64,000 nucleotides of DNA, from assembly GCA_014381545.1 (NCBI GenBank), contig JACNLL010000056.1, forward strand, positions 26,846 through 90,845. Reading direction: 5' to 3'. Below the pieces are notes generated by a model. It was not told the origin of the DNA and made no database searches. It was given only the letters and a program-made list of their open reading frames with translations. Positions 35,895 to 47,100 of this stretch are shown in pieces (the stretch's first letter is position 1; every line of letters begins with the position of its first letter). This stretch comes from Candidatus Desulfaltia bathyphila (GTDB taxonomy: Bacteria; Desulfobacterota; Desulfobacteria; Desulfobacterales; ETH-SRB1). The position numbers were made by a program, and so were the translations under genes.

Positions 35895-36848
35895 ATGAAA
35901 AAAACAGGTTTTTTATTTGACGAAAGATATCTGCTTCACGATACCGGTTCCTATCATCCGGAAGTGCCCGCAAGACTTCAGGCTGTTTATCGGGGAATAA
36001 AAGAGGCCGGCCTTCTTTCCAGGCTCACTTTGATTCATGCCAGCCTTTCGGATCTAAAATGGATCGAGGCTGTACATGACAAAGAATATATTAAGCGTTT
36101 TGAAATGGCTTGTGTTACAGGTAACTCGACATTCGACTGCCCCGATAACCAAATATGTCCGGCAACATATGAGACAGCGCTTCTGGCTGTCGGAGGTATC
36201 CTTAATGCAACACGTCTTGTCATGAACGCCGAAATCGACAATGTTTTCTGTGCGGTGCGACCTCCCGGGCACCACGCTGAAATCAACAAGGCAATGGGAT
36301 TTTGCTATTTCAACAATGTAGCGGTTACAGCAAGGTATCTGCAAAAAGAATGGGGCATAAAAAGGATTGGCATTGTTGATTTTGATGTTCATCATGGCAA
36401 CGGTACGCAGCATATATTTGAAGATGACCCAAATATCTTTTATTATTCAATTCACCAGCATCCTTCATTTGCTTATCCAGGCACAGGAAGAGAATTTGAA
36501 GAAGGGGAGGGGGCCGGATTGGGATTTACCAAGAATTCTCCGGTATTACCTGGCAAAGGAGATAAAGAGTATAAGCATCTTATAAAAAGAGACTTTTTTC
36601 CTGCCTTTGAATCATTTAAGCCTGAAGTAATCATCGTATCCTCCGGCTTTGATAGTCATGTGGATGATGACATGTCGGATATCAAGCTTTCAACTGAAGC
36701 GTTTTCATGGATAATAAAAAGCTTGGTCGAAATGGCTGATAAGTATTCAAACGGAAGGCTGATCTCCGTTCTTGAAGGGGGATACTCCCTTAAACGTCTT
36801 CCCGAGCTTGCAAAAAACCATGTTGAAATTTTATTAAATCATAAATAG
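35895..36848 (+). CDS. Histone-deacetylase-family (AcuC/class II HDAC-like) deacetylase
   Basis: RPPGHHAE, DFDVHHGNGTQ, GFDSHVDD and EGGY motifs. Confidence 0.85.
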   Translation: MKKTGFLFDERYLLHDTGSYHPEVPARLQAVYRGIKEAGLLSRLTLIHASLSDLKWIEAVHDKEYIKRFEMACVTGNSTFDCPDNQICPATYETALLAVGGILNATRLVMNAEIDNVFCAVRPPGHHAEINKAMGFCYFNNVAVTARYLQKEWGIKRIGIVDFDVHHGNGTQHIFEDDPNIFYYSIHQHPSFAYPGTGREFEEGEGAGLGFTKNSPVLPGKGDKEYKHLIKRDFFPAFESFKPEVIIVSSGFDSHVDDDMSDIKLSTEAFSWIIKSLVEMADKYSNGRLISVLEGGYSLKRLPELAKNHVEILLNHK

Positions 36849-36915
36849 ATAATAAAAATTGGATTTAACTTTTAGACAAAACAAGGTGTCTTGAACAAAA
36901 GTAGTGGAGGAGAAA

Positions 36916-37593
36916 ATGTTTGTCAGCAAATCGATGACTAGAAAGGTTGTCACAATCAACAAAGATGCTGATATTTTTGAGGCAGAAGATAAAATGGCCG
37001 AGCATCGAATACGTCATCTTCCGGTTGTAACCAAGGATTATCACCTGATCGGAATCGTTTCGGATCGTGATATTAGAAGCGCCATGCCGTCAAAGCCTTT
37101 AAGCGATTGCAACAGCAAAAAAATAAAGGATAAAATTGCAAAACTCAAAATCAAGGATATCATGACAATAGATCCTGTTGCCATTTCTCCATTACATACC
37201 ATTCAAGATGCACTTGTGCTTATCCAGAAGACACGTGTTGGGGCGTTTCCTGTTATAGATGAAAAGGGAAAGCTCAGGGGTATTATCTCTGTGCGCGATC
37301 TTCTTCGCGCGTTTATCAATGTTATGGGTATGGAAGACCCCGGAACATTAATGTGCATCATTGTGGAAGAAAAGCTCGGCCAGATGAAAAAAATTGTCGA
37401 CGCAATAACTGAAGAACGCATTTCTTTTGGAAGCGTTATGGTGGCAAGATACTGGGATAAAGAAAAACGGGCGGTTTTCCCGTATCTATTGACTCAAAAT
37501 ATAACCTCTTTAAAGAAAAAATTAAAAAAGATGGGCTATGTGGTGCTCGACCCGATGAAATGGTATATTGATCAGCTGCCGAAAAACGACTGA
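36916..37593 (+). CDS. CBS-pair protein with C-terminal ACT-like region (AcuB-like)
   Basis: Two CBS units (MTRKVVTINKD...HLPVV...GIVSDRDI and IMTIDPVAISP...GAFPVIDEKGKLRGIISVRDL). ATG at 36916 is preceded by GGAGGAG. Confidence 0.7.
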   Translation: MFVSKSMTRKVVTINKDADIFEAEDKMAEHRIRHLPVVTKDYHLIGIVSDRDIRSAMPSKPLSDCNSKKIKDKIAKLKIKDIMTIDPVAISPLHTIQDALVLIQKTRVGAFPVIDEKGKLRGIISVRDLLRAFINVMGMEDPGTLMCIIVEEKLGQMKKIVDAITEERISFGSVMVARYWDKEKRAVFPYLLTQNITSLKKKLKKMGYVVLDPMKWYIDQLPKND

Positions 37594-37673
37594 ATCAGGC
37601 AGCATTTATGTAAAATCAAATTTTCATTAAAGTTGGTTTTGCTTAAAGGGTTTCAAAGGGAGAGTTTTGAAAA

Positions 37674-38513
37674 ATGCTTATAAAATGCTGGGGATCGAGA
37701 GGTTCCATTCCTGTTTCAGGTAAAGAATATCTCAAGTATGGCGGTGACACCGCATGTATAGAAATCAAGGCAAAAAGTAATGATATCATAATCATTGATG
37801 CCGGAACAGGGATTCGAAGGCTTGGCAATAAATTGATGGGGGAGAAAAGCTCTACCTATAACATTATCTTTACCCATGCCCATTGGGATCATGTAATGGG
37901 ACTTCCCTTTTTCAAACCTCTATATTCTAAAAGCGCCACACTGCGGATGCATAAATGTCCCTTTCACGGTAAATTCGTGGAAAACATACTTCCCAAGCTA
38001 ATGTCTCCTCCTAACTTTCCTGTAAAATTCTCCAATTTAAAGGCAAATATATATTACGAGGAAGCATGCTCCAAAGAATTTAAGATCGGATCAGTATCGA
38101 TAATCCCTATCCGTATCAGCCATCCCAACGGCGGCAGCGGATATAAATTCATTGAAGATAATAAAATTTTTGTTTTTCTGACAGATAATGAACTTGGTTT
38201 TGTCCATCCAGGAGGTCTTTCATATAAAGACTATCTGGAATTTTCTTCAGGTGCTCATCTGCTTATTCATGATGCCGAATACACGCCTGATGATTATGAA
38301 AACTGTATAGGATGGGGCCATTCTGAATATACTCGTGTGCTGGATTTGGCCTTTGAAGCCGGAGTAAAAAAATTAGGCCTGTTCCATTTAAACCAGGAAA
38401 GAACAGACAGGGAAATGGATGCTATTATCAAAAAATGCAAGGCCATCATAGCTAAAAAAGAACAAAGCCTTGAATGCTTTGCCGTCGGCAGCGATATGAC
38501 CTTTGAGTTATAA
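37674..38513 (+). CDS. MBL-fold metallo-hydrolase
   Basis: THAHWDH metal motif and later HD/GH residues. Confidence 0.75.
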   Translation: MLIKCWGSRGSIPVSGKEYLKYGGDTACIEIKAKSNDIIIIDAGTGIRRLGNKLMGEKSSTYNIIFTHAHWDHVMGLPFFKPLYSKSATLRMHKCPFHGKFVENILPKLMSPPNFPVKFSNLKANIYYEEACSKEFKIGSVSIIPIRISHPNGGSGYKFIEDNKIFVFLTDNELGFVHPGGLSYKDYLEFSSGAHLLIHDAEYTPDDYENCIGWGHSEYTRVLDLAFEAGVKKLGLFHLNQERTDREMDAIIKKCKAIIAKKEQSLECFAVGSDMTFEL

Positions 38514-38516
38514 ATA

Positions 38517-39863
38517 TTAATTAATGCTTTTTAGCTTTTTATACAGGTAGCTTTGCTTAACCCCTATTGATTCGGCTGTTTTTGCAACATTATTATCATG
38601 TTGCAAAAGTTTTTTTTGGATAAATTCTTTTTCAAAGGCCTTTTTTGCATCCTTTAACTGATTGATTATAAATAACTGCGATTTAACGTCTTCCCCAAGA
38701 TTCGAATTATATGGCGCCGGTATATCGGAAACATCAATCATATCGTCTTCCGCCATAATAGCCATCCGCTCCACAAGATTCTTCAGTTCTCTGACATTTC
38801 CCGGCCATGAGTAGGCACATAAGATATCGAGCGCTTCCCTGGTTATCCCCTTTCTTTTACTGTGATTTTGTTTTGCGCTTTCATCTAAAAAAGTTTCAAC
38901 AAGAAGCGGAATATCCTCGCAACGATTCCTCAGGCTTGGGACTTCGATAGGTATTACATTCAACCGAAAATAAAGATCCTCTCTAAAGCTTCCCTTTTCA
39001 ATCTCCCTTTCAAGATCTTTGTTGCTGGCAGCAATTACCCTGACATTGACACTTAATGTTCTGCTTCCTCCGACACGCTGGAATTTTTGTTCTTGCAACA
39101 CGCGAAGAATTTTGGCCTGAGTCCTTAAACTCATATCCCCTACTTCATCAAGGAAAATCGTTCCATTGTTTGCCAGCTCAAATTTGCCTCTTTTCTTGCC
39201 GGTTGCTTCCGTAAATACCCCTTTCTCATGGCCAAACAGCTCGCTTTCAATCAGTTCTTCCGGAATTGCCGCGCAACTAACATCAACAAAGGGTTGATCC
39301 GCCCTTGGGCTTAACTGGTGAATTGTACGCGCAACAAGCTCCTTGCCTGTGCCGTTTTCTCCTGTGATAAGGATCCATGCATCTGTCGGGGCTGCAATCG
39401 CTATCTGCTTTTTCAGAGCCACGGTTGGATAGCTGTCTCCGTTTATCGAGTGTTTTTCTATTGTCTTTTTCCGAAGATATCTGTTTTCCTCTTCAAGCCT
39501 CCTGAAGTTTAGCGCATTATTAATCGCAACAATTACCTTGTCAATCGAAAGCGGTTTTTCAATTAAATCAAACGCTCCAAGCTTTGTGGCCTTAACAGCG
39601 GTCTCTATTGTCCCGTGCCCCGATATTATTATTACCTGGATAAAGGCGTTATTTTTTTTTATCTCCTTTAATGTCTCAATTCCGTCGATACCAGGCATCC
39701 ATATATCAAGCAAAACAAGATCCGGTGACTCGCTATCTATAATTTTTAAGGCTTCATAACCATTGGTGGCCGTTAAGACCTCAAAACCTTCATCATAAAG
39801 CAGGCCGCTTAAAGACTGGAGTATGGATGGTTCGTCGTCAACAATCAGAACAGATGGAAACAT
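38517..39863 (-). CDS. ntrX: Sigma-54-type (NtrC/NtrX-family) response regulator
   Basis: Receiver domain (VLIVDDEP...DLVLLDIWMPG). AAA+ domain (ITGENGTGKE, GTIFLDEVGDM). Fis-type HTH at the C-terminus. The GAFTGA loop reads GVFTEA. Confidence 0.8.
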   Translation of the reverse strand: MFPSVLIVDDEPSILQSLSGLLYDEGFEVLTATNGYEALKIIDSESPDLVLLDIWMPGIDGIETLKEIKKNNAFIQVIIISGHGTIETAVKATKLGAFDLIEKPLSIDKVIVAINNALNFRRLEEENRYLRKKTIEKHSINGDSYPTVALKKQIAIAAPTDAWILITGENGTGKELVARTIHQLSPRADQPFVDVSCAAIPEELIESELFGHEKGVFTEATGKKRGKFELANNGTIFLDEVGDMSLRTQAKILRVLQEQKFQRVGGSRTLSVNVRVIAASNKDLEREIEKGSFREDLYFRLNVIPIEVPSLRNRCEDIPLLVETFLDESAKQNHSKRKGITREALDILCAYSWPGNVRELKNLVERMAIMAEDDMIDVSDIPAPYNSNLGEDVKSQLFIINQLKDAKKAFEKEFIQKKLLQHDNNVAKTAESIGVKQSYLYKKLKSIN

Positions 39864-39921
39864 GTGATCTCCCTATTTTCGGCCTCTATAGCCGCTATAG
39901 TTCTAAAAATAATTCATGGGG

Positions 39922-40111
39922 TTCGCTTTGCTTAATTGCGAATTGAGGAATTCAGGAATTCGCTTCGCTTAATTGCGAATTGAGGAATTCAGGAATTTAG
40001 GAATTAAAGGTATTCTGTTGATTTCAATCCCTCAATCCCTCAATCCCTTAATCCCTTAATCCCTCAATTCCTCAATTCCTCAATTCCTTAATTCCTCAAT
40101 TCCTCAATCCC
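39922..40111. repeat. Largest word-built hairpin: duplicated G-arm plus 11 tandem octamers T[CT]AAT[CT]CC
   Basis: Direct duplication ttcgctt(t/c)gcttaattgcgaattgaggaattcaggaa (39922-39958 and 39959-39995). G-arm units gaattgag/gaattcag/gaatttag/gaattaaa. The C-arm 40024-40111 was counted as 11 octamers. It ends at the kinase stop codon. Confidence 0.85.
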
Positions 40112-42345
40112 TACACAGGCAGCTCTATTACAAATTTGGCTCCCTGAGGCTGGTTATCATGCACCTGTATCATGCCGTTATGATCGGCAACAATCGTGCT
40201 GACAATTGTCAGGCCTAATCCCATGCCCGTCTTTTTTGTTGAAAAATAGGGCTCAAAAAGATGTGTCTTATCTTCATCAGAAATGCCTGGGCCATTATCG
40301 GCAACCTCTATCCGAACAATGTGTAAGATAGGATCACTGGTTAATGTAATTGAAATTTTGCCATTTGTCTTAATCGAAGCAATGGCATTGTCAACAAGAT
40401 TAATCATAGCCTGCTTAATCTGCCTGCGATCAATATTTAAAGGCGGAATATCCTCTGTCATGCTGATTTTGAAATCTATATCTTGATGCCCTTCTTTGTA
40501 TAGCGCCACGGTTTCTTCAATAATGGGCGGCAGATCGCAAAGTTCGGGATTTGCCGCTGGAAATCTTGCAAACGCGGAAAACTCATTTACCAGGTTCCGA
40601 ATCAAATCCACATGATCAATTATCATTTGAATACATTCCTCAAAAACCGGTTCATTTATCTGTTTTGAATATCTTCTTTTTAGACGCTGAGCCGAAAGAG
40701 AGACCGGGGTTAAAGGGTTTTTGACTTCATGGGCAATCCTGCGCGCGACTTCACGCCATGCCGCAATGCGCTGGGCCTTTTCCAGTTCCGTAAGGTCATC
40801 AAAGACCATTACTATGCCCATATGGTTTCCCGCGTCGTCTTTAAGCGCATTAACATGCATCATAAAACTACGCTGCCTTCCTTGTATTGTTAATCTAAGC
40901 GGAAGGGTAACATCATCCTCCCGGGAGCTGGTCAGATTATCAATTATTTCTTCTGCGAGATTCAGGTGTTGCCCTTTAAGCAGATTTTTATAGTTTTTAT
41001 TCAGCATATCCTTTGGGATAAGATTGAGCATCTTTTCAGCGGACTTGTTTATGGTTGACACAAGCCCGCTTGGGTCAAGAGTTATTACGCCGGCAGAAAC
41101 ATTCTTCAATACTATTTCCATATGCTGCCGTCTTTTTTCTATCTCAACATTTTGTTTGCGAAGCATACCTGCGGAAAGCTCTAATTGTTCCCTGCTAATA
41201 CGTAAATCTTTTGTCATCTTATTAAATGAATCAACAAGAGTGCCGATTTCAGCATCAGCCACAGGGCCGATGCTGAATCCCAAATCTCCTTCCGCAACCC
41301 TTCGTGTCCCCTCGGCAAGCTCCATGATCGGTATTGTAATAGATTTTGCCAGGTAAAACCCAAACCATATCGCGCAAAAAACAACAAGCAGTGCCACGAT
41401 TGAAAGGGTTATATAATAGGTTGTCTGGATCGGTTTCTTAAGAAGTATTATCTGTTGATATTCCTCAAAACCTCTTGATATGGATGCCATATTTTCAGAA
41501 AGATCAGGAGGAATCAATACCGACAATACAACAAAGCCTTTGGCATCTGTGTAATTTGTGCCAAAAGGAATAGTTCCAATCGTTCTTATTAGCTCCCCTT
41601 CCGGAATTTTTTCAAAAACCGACCTTACCCCTTTTGGCTCTATATCCTTTTGAAAATCATCAGTAGAAACAACGCGAAAAGGCTTATCTTCCAGTTCCAT
41701 GGCAAGAGCAAATGTAAGACGGTTTGCATTCACGCTATAAATTTCAACAGCATCAATATTAAATGCCCGCTGAACAACCTGAACATAGTGGGAAAGGGCT
41801 TTCCTTTTTTTTTCAGCCAGAAGTTTTTTGGTGTTTATCTGGTAGGCAATTCTTTCCAGATAAAACCGGTTATTTTCTTCTGCACGATTATACAAACGCC
41901 TTCCTACAAGCAATGAGTTTTCAAGAGCCTGCTCTACAGGAACATTAAACCAAAATTCAATGCTGGTTGTAATAAAGCTGATTGAAAAGAAAAAAAGCAC
42001 AATCGTAGGCAAAAGAGTAAGCGCAATAAAGGCGACCACAAGTCTCGTGCGAAGTTTTGCCCCCATCACCTTGCGCTTTCTATCATAGAGCAACTTTACC
42101 AGATTTCTAAACACAAGAAATATCAACAAGATAAGCAGCAGTAAATTGATGTTGATTAATATGAACATCAATATTGTGTTGGAAATCGGAATCTCTGCCC
42201 CAAAATGTATTACCTTGTGCTCAGCAAAGGTCATGAGGGCAATGGCAAAGATAACTATGACAATCAGAATGCCTTCACGTTTCCGCCTTTTGCGTTCCTC
42301 TTCTAAGACATGAGATTTTGGACTTTTGAATATATTATTGCTCAT
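40111..42345 (-). CDS. ntrY: NtrY-like sensor histidine kinase (TM-HAMP-PAS-HisKA-HATPase)
   Basis: N-terminal TM cluster. HAMP (ITIPIMELAEGTRRVAEGDL). PAS region. H-box AHEVKNPLTPVSLSAQRL. N/G boxes (NLVDNAI, DNGPGI, GMGLGL). Confidence 0.8.
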   Translation of the reverse strand: MSNNIFKSPKSHVLEEERKRRKREGILIVIVIFAIALMTFAEHKVIHFGAEIPISNTILMFILININLLLLILLIFLVFRNLVKLLYDRKRKVMGAKLRTRLVVAFIALTLLPTIVLFFFSISFITTSIEFWFNVPVEQALENSLLVGRRLYNRAEENNRFYLERIAYQINTKKLLAEKKRKALSHYVQVVQRAFNIDAVEIYSVNANRLTFALAMELEDKPFRVVSTDDFQKDIEPKGVRSVFEKIPEGELIRTIGTIPFGTNYTDAKGFVVLSVLIPPDLSENMASISRGFEEYQQIILLKKPIQTTYYITLSIVALLVVFCAIWFGFYLAKSITIPIMELAEGTRRVAEGDLGFSIGPVADAEIGTLVDSFNKMTKDLRISREQLELSAGMLRKQNVEIEKRRQHMEIVLKNVSAGVITLDPSGLVSTINKSAEKMLNLIPKDMLNKNYKNLLKGQHLNLAEEIIDNLTSSREDDVTLPLRLTIQGRQRSFMMHVNALKDDAGNHMGIVMVFDDLTELEKAQRIAAWREVARRIAHEVKNPLTPVSLSAQRLKRRYSKQINEPVFEECIQMIIDHVDLIRNLVNEFSAFARFPAANPELCDLPPIIEETVALYKEGHQDIDFKISMTEDIPPLNIDRRQIKQAMINLVDNAIASIKTNGKISITLTSDPILHIVRIEVADNGPGISDEDKTHLFEPYFSTKKTGMGLGLTIVSTIVADHNGMIQVHDNQPQGAKFVIELPV

Positions 42346-42370
42346 AATAGGTGCGGAAAGATTCCGGCTT

Positions 42371-42940
42371 TCAGTAGATAAAATCTATTGTGTACCAGTC
42401 TGTTTCAACGTCCCATAAAGAAACAAAAAACAGGATATAATGCAGATAAAAGGGAAGGGTTAATTTGCCGAGCTCTGCCTTGGCTCTTATTTGATACTGG
42501 CTGCCTTTTTGCAGACTGCCAAGCGAAATAATTTTTAAGCTGTCAATTTCGCTCATCAGCTTTTTGGCCTCTTCAAAAGATTGTGTAACAGACAGCTTAT
42601 CCTTTTCCCATGACCGTGTAACAACAAATTCCTTCTTCAGGCTGTTGTATTTAATCGTATGGGTTATCTTTATATCAGCCATCTTACTATCAAACCACAT
42701 ATTACGGGCTTGGTACAGGGTAATATAGAAGGAAAAGGTTGCCGGCACCCCTTTTAGAACAGCTTTTTTTATCTTATCATTAAAAGCCCCTTCCACATTG
42801 AGAAAAACTAAAAGATCATCGCGTGTGTTTGTGACAATTATATCGGTCAGCCTTGCCTCATGTGCAAAGGCTGCATTTTGCATGACCAGCAACACGCAAA
42901 GAAATATGATACTAATTTTGCGACAATTCAATGACAACAT
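42371..42940 (-). CDS. DUF4390-like exported protein upstream of ntrY
   Basis: Signal peptide. Size and position immediately upstream of ntrYX fit DUF4390. Family-level recognition only. Confidence 0.5.
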   Translation of the reverse strand: MLSLNCRKISIIFLCVLLVMQNAAFAHEARLTDIIVTNTRDDLLVFLNVEGAFNDKIKKAVLKGVPATFSFYITLYQARNMWFDSKMADIKITHTIKYNSLKKEFVVTRSWEKDKLSVTQSFEEAKKLMSEIDSLKIISLGSLQKGSQYQIRAKAELGKLTLPFYLHYILFFVSLWDVETDWYTIDFIY

Positions 42941-43056
42941 AATATATAAATGGCAACTTAAAAATCAGGATGATAATTGGAGAAGAAGGTTTTTTTATTT
43001 AATAACGGATACCTTCTTAAATGGCAAGTGATTTCAGGAAACAGGAGTCTTGTGCC

Positions 43057-43938
43057 TCATTTGGGCATTTCGACAATATTCTGCATTATCCTGGTTTCCC
43101 ATGATTCTTTTTGTGCAAAGAATTTTTTAAGGAATGCGTGATTAAAAAAATGGCCTGATTTGCTCACCTTAACATGGCCTAAAACCGGCATGCCGAGAAG
43201 GGCAAAATCGCCTATGCAGTCAAGAAGTTTATGCCGCACGAACTCATCCTTATAGCGCAAACCATTCTTTGAGAGTATGTTTTCCCTATCTATTACAACA
43301 ACGTTATCCAGCGAACCGCCGCGGGCAAGCCCAAAACGTTTCATGTCTTCATATTCATGCAAGAAACCAAAAGTTCTGGCCCTGCATATTTCGCGCTCAA
43401 ATACTTCGTCGGAAAGTTCTATGGTATAAGATTGTTTTTTAACCAGAGGATGATCATAATCTATATCGCAGGTTATTTTAAATGAAGATTCAGGATATAT
43501 GCCGACAAATTTCCCGTTTTCTTTCAACTCAATCGGCTTTTTTACCACAAAAAAACAGCGCTGACCGTCTTGCTCCTTTATGCCTGCTGCCATTATTGAT
43601 GAGGTAAATACTTCGGCGCTGCCGTCCATTATCGGCATCTCGTAGCCGTCAATTTCAACCAGGGCATTATCAATTGATAGACCTGCAAAAGTTGCCATAA
43701 GATGCTCTATAGTTGAAACGATAAATCCATCATATCCTATTACGGTCGCAAGGCTTGTATCCACGACCATATTAAAATGTGCGGATATGCTCGGGCTATC
43801 TGGAAGGTCTATTCTTTTGAATTTGATGCCATGATTTGTTGGCGCGGGTTTGATTGTCAGATTAACCTTTTTGCCTGAATGAATGCCTACGCCGGAGCAG
43901 TTGATTGGTTTGGCGACAGTTCTTTGCTTGAAATGCAT
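43057..43938 (-). CDS. lpxC: UDP-3-O-acyl-N-acetylglucosamine deacetylase
   Basis: QRTVAKPINCSGVGIHSGKKVNLTIKPAP start, TIEHLMA, and HKLLDCIGDFALLG with the HxxH-type zinc region. Confidence 0.9.
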   Translation of the reverse strand: MHFKQRTVAKPINCSGVGIHSGKKVNLTIKPAPTNHGIKFKRIDLPDSPSISAHFNMVVDTSLATVIGYDGFIVSTIEHLMATFAGLSIDNALVEIDGYEMPIMDGSAEVFTSSIMAAGIKEQDGQRCFFVVKKPIELKENGKFVGIYPESSFKITCDIDYDHPLVKKQSYTIELSDEVFEREICRARTFGFLHEYEDMKRFGLARGGSLDNVVVIDRENILSKNGLRYKDEFVRHKLLDCIGDFALLGMPVLGHVKVSKSGHFFNHAFLKKFFAQKESWETRIMQNIVEMPK

Positions 43939-44026
43939 ATAATTCAGACCTCGTTAAAATATATTTTTATATAGATTCCAAACCCTTTATTCACAATGAA
44001 TTGGATAAAAATTGGACACTTTGTCG

Positions 44027-44138
44027 GTCTGGGTTTTAAGGTTCAGGGTTAATCGCGTTGCGATTTTTTTCTATGCCATTGATTTCACCAGGCAAGCATC
44101 ATGAGTCTGTCAACCTTTGAACCTCTGAACCTCTGATT
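44027..44138. repeat. Heptamer-periodic hairpin downstream of carB
   Basis: ggtctgg/gttttaa/ggttcag/ggttaat faces caacctt/tgaacct/ctgaacc/tctgatt. A small inner hairpin aatcgc-gtt-gcgatt (44051-44065) is followed by a T-run. Confidence 0.7.
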
Positions 44139-44168
44139 ACATACTTATCAAATAAACACAATATCAAA

Positions 44169-47100
44169 TTATTTGATATCCGCATGATAAGCCTGAAGAG
44201 ATTTTACCTTTGATTTTCCTGTTCTTCGCGCGGCAATTCCCTTGGCGGCTGCCAGCGCTGCAGCCGTAGTGGTAATATTTAAAATCTTATACTCGATCGC
44301 CGCTTTCCGGATATAGGAATCGTCATCCTTGCTTTCCTTTCCACTGGGCGTGTTGATAATCAGTTGGATTTCTCCATTTTTGACAGCATCCACAATGTGC
44401 GGCCTGCCATATCCCAGTTTGCGGATAGTTTCTGATTCAATGCCATGTTCTTGCAGAAAGTTATGTGTTCCATTTGTGGCCAGGATCTTAAACCCTAAAT
44501 CGCTGAATAATCTGGTCGGTTCCAGAGCGCTCGGCTTATCTTTGTCAGCAACGGTAATAAGAACAGTTCCCTCAATCGGCAGTAATATTTGAGTTGCTTT
44601 CTGGGCTTTAAAAAAAGCAAGACCAAATGAATCCGCCAGCCCCAAAACTTCTCCGGTAGACCGCATTTCCGGCCCCAGAAGGGGATCGACTTCAGGAAAC
44701 ATTTTAAATGGGAGCACAGCCTCCTTAACGCCGAAATAGGGAATATGTTTTGGTTTCAGGTTGAGATCAGAGATTTTTTTGCCCATAACCACCTGGGTGG
44801 CAAGCCGCGCCATAGAGATGTTGCAAACTTTGGAAACAATCGGCACGGTGCGTGAGGCCCTGGGATTGGCCTCCAGAATATAAACAGTGTCATTTGCGAT
44901 AGCATACTGGATATTCATAAGCCCGACCACATTGAGCTCGATGGCAATCTTTTTTGTGTATTCGTATATGGTTTCCAGGTGTTTCAAAGGGATGCTCACC
45001 GGAGGAATTACACACGCGGAATCGCCGGAATGCACACCTGCCAGTTCAATATGCTCCATAACCGTGGGAACAAAGGCATCGGTTCCGTCGGCAATCGCAT
45101 CTGCTTCAGCTTCAATGGCATTTTCCAGGAATTTGTCGATCAGTATTGGGCGCTTTGGTGAAACATCTACGGCTGCCGACACATAATGTATAAGCATTTC
45201 TTCGTCATGGACAACTTCCATGGCGCGTCCGCCAAGAACGTAAGAGGGACGAACCATTAATGGACATCCAATTCTTTCGGCTATTTCGAGGGCCTTTTCC
45301 AGGGTGCTGGCCATGCCGGATTCGGGTTGGGGAATCTCCAGCTTGCGCATAACCTTACGGAACCGGTCCCGATCCTCTGCCAGATCTATTGTTTCAGGAG
45401 AAGTCCCTAAAATTTTGACTCCTGCTTTTTCCAGGTCATTAGCGATATTCAGGGGCGTTTGCCCCCCGAACTGGATAATAACCCCTTCTGGTTTTTCCTT
45501 TTCATAAATACTTAAAACATCTTCAAGGGTAAGCGGTTCAAAATAAAGCTTGTCCGAAGTATCGTAATCAGTAGAGACAGTCTCAGGATTGCAATTAACC
45601 ATTATCGATTCATATCCTGCATCACGGATGGTAAATGCAGCATGCACGCAGCAGTAGTCAAACTCAATTCCCTGCCCTATACGATTGGGGCCTCCGCCAA
45701 GCACCATGATTTTTTTGTGATCGCTTACCTTGATTTTATCCGGCGCATTATAGGTGGAATAGTAATAGGCGGCGTTTTCAACGCCGCTGACCGGCACAGG
45801 TTCCCATGCTTCGACAATCCCAAGTGAAATACGCTTTCCCCTGATATCCTTTTCTGAAATCCCGAGAAGAATGGAAAGATACCTGTCTGCAAATCCATCC
45901 TTTTTCGCGCGGACAAGCAGACCATCCGGAATCGTCTTCCCGTTGTATGTTAGAATCTCTTCTTCAAGATCCACAAGTTCCTTCATCTGTTTAATAAACC
46001 AGGGTTTAATATGGGTAAGCTCATAAAGATCCTGGATGTCGGCTCCCTTGCGCAAAGCCTCGTACATAATAAACTGGCGTTCGCTTGTGGGGATAACCAG
46101 CATATTCATTAATTCAGTTAGAGACTTTTCGTTGAAGTCCTTGGCAAAACCGAGACCGTAACGATTTATCTCAAGGGATCGGATTGCTTTTTGAAACGCC
46201 TCCTTGTAGTTTTTCCCGATGCTCATGGCTTCGCCAACAGCGCGCATCTGGGTTCCAAGCTTATCCTCAACACCCTCGAATTTTTCAAAAGCCCATCTGG
46301 CGAATTTCACTACCACATAATCGCCGGAAGGGATATATTTCTCAAGGGTGCCATCACGCCAGTAGGGGATTTCATCCAGGGTCAAACCTCCGGCCAGCAT
46401 GGCGGAAATAAAGGCAATCGGAAAACCGGTTGCCTTGGATGCCAGTGCGGACGACCTGGAAGTTCTCGGATTAATCTCGATAACAACAACCCTGTCTGTC
46501 CTGGGATCATATGCGAATTGAATATTTGTGCCGCCGATAACTTCAATCGCTTCGACAATATCATAAGAATGTTTTTCAAGACGCTTTTGCAGCTTGGAAT
46601 CAATGGTCATCATCGGCGCAGTGCAAAATGAATCGCCGGTGTGAACACCCATGGCATCGACATTTTCGATAAAGCAAACAGTAACCATCTGATTTTTGGC
46701 GTCCCGCACGACCTCTAATTCAAGCTCTTCCCATCCCAGGACTGATTCTTCAACCAGAACCTGATTTACAATGCTTTCAGATAAACCCCGCGCAGCAATA
46801 ATGCGAAGCTCTTCAACATTATACACCAGACCGCCGCCGGTGCCGCCCATTGTATAGGCCGGACGAATCACAACAGGGTAACCCAGTTCAGCGGCGACTT
46901 TTTCAGCATCTTCAACGTTGTTTACCGTTTGGCTCTCCGGCATTTCAATGCCGAGCCGCTCCATGGTTTCTTTGAAGGCCGTGCGATCTTCTCCCCGCTT
47001 AATAGCATCGACAGTTACACCGATGACCTTTACATTGTATTCATCCAGAACGCCTGCCTGCGCCAGTTCAGATGATAAATTCAGGGCGGATTGACCCCCT

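Noticed and set aside
39922-40111. Possible CRISPR array, given the regular short repeats
   Set aside because: The period is only 7-8 nt, with no unique spacers and no cas genes. The structure is a tandem-repeat hairpin, not repeat-spacer architecture.
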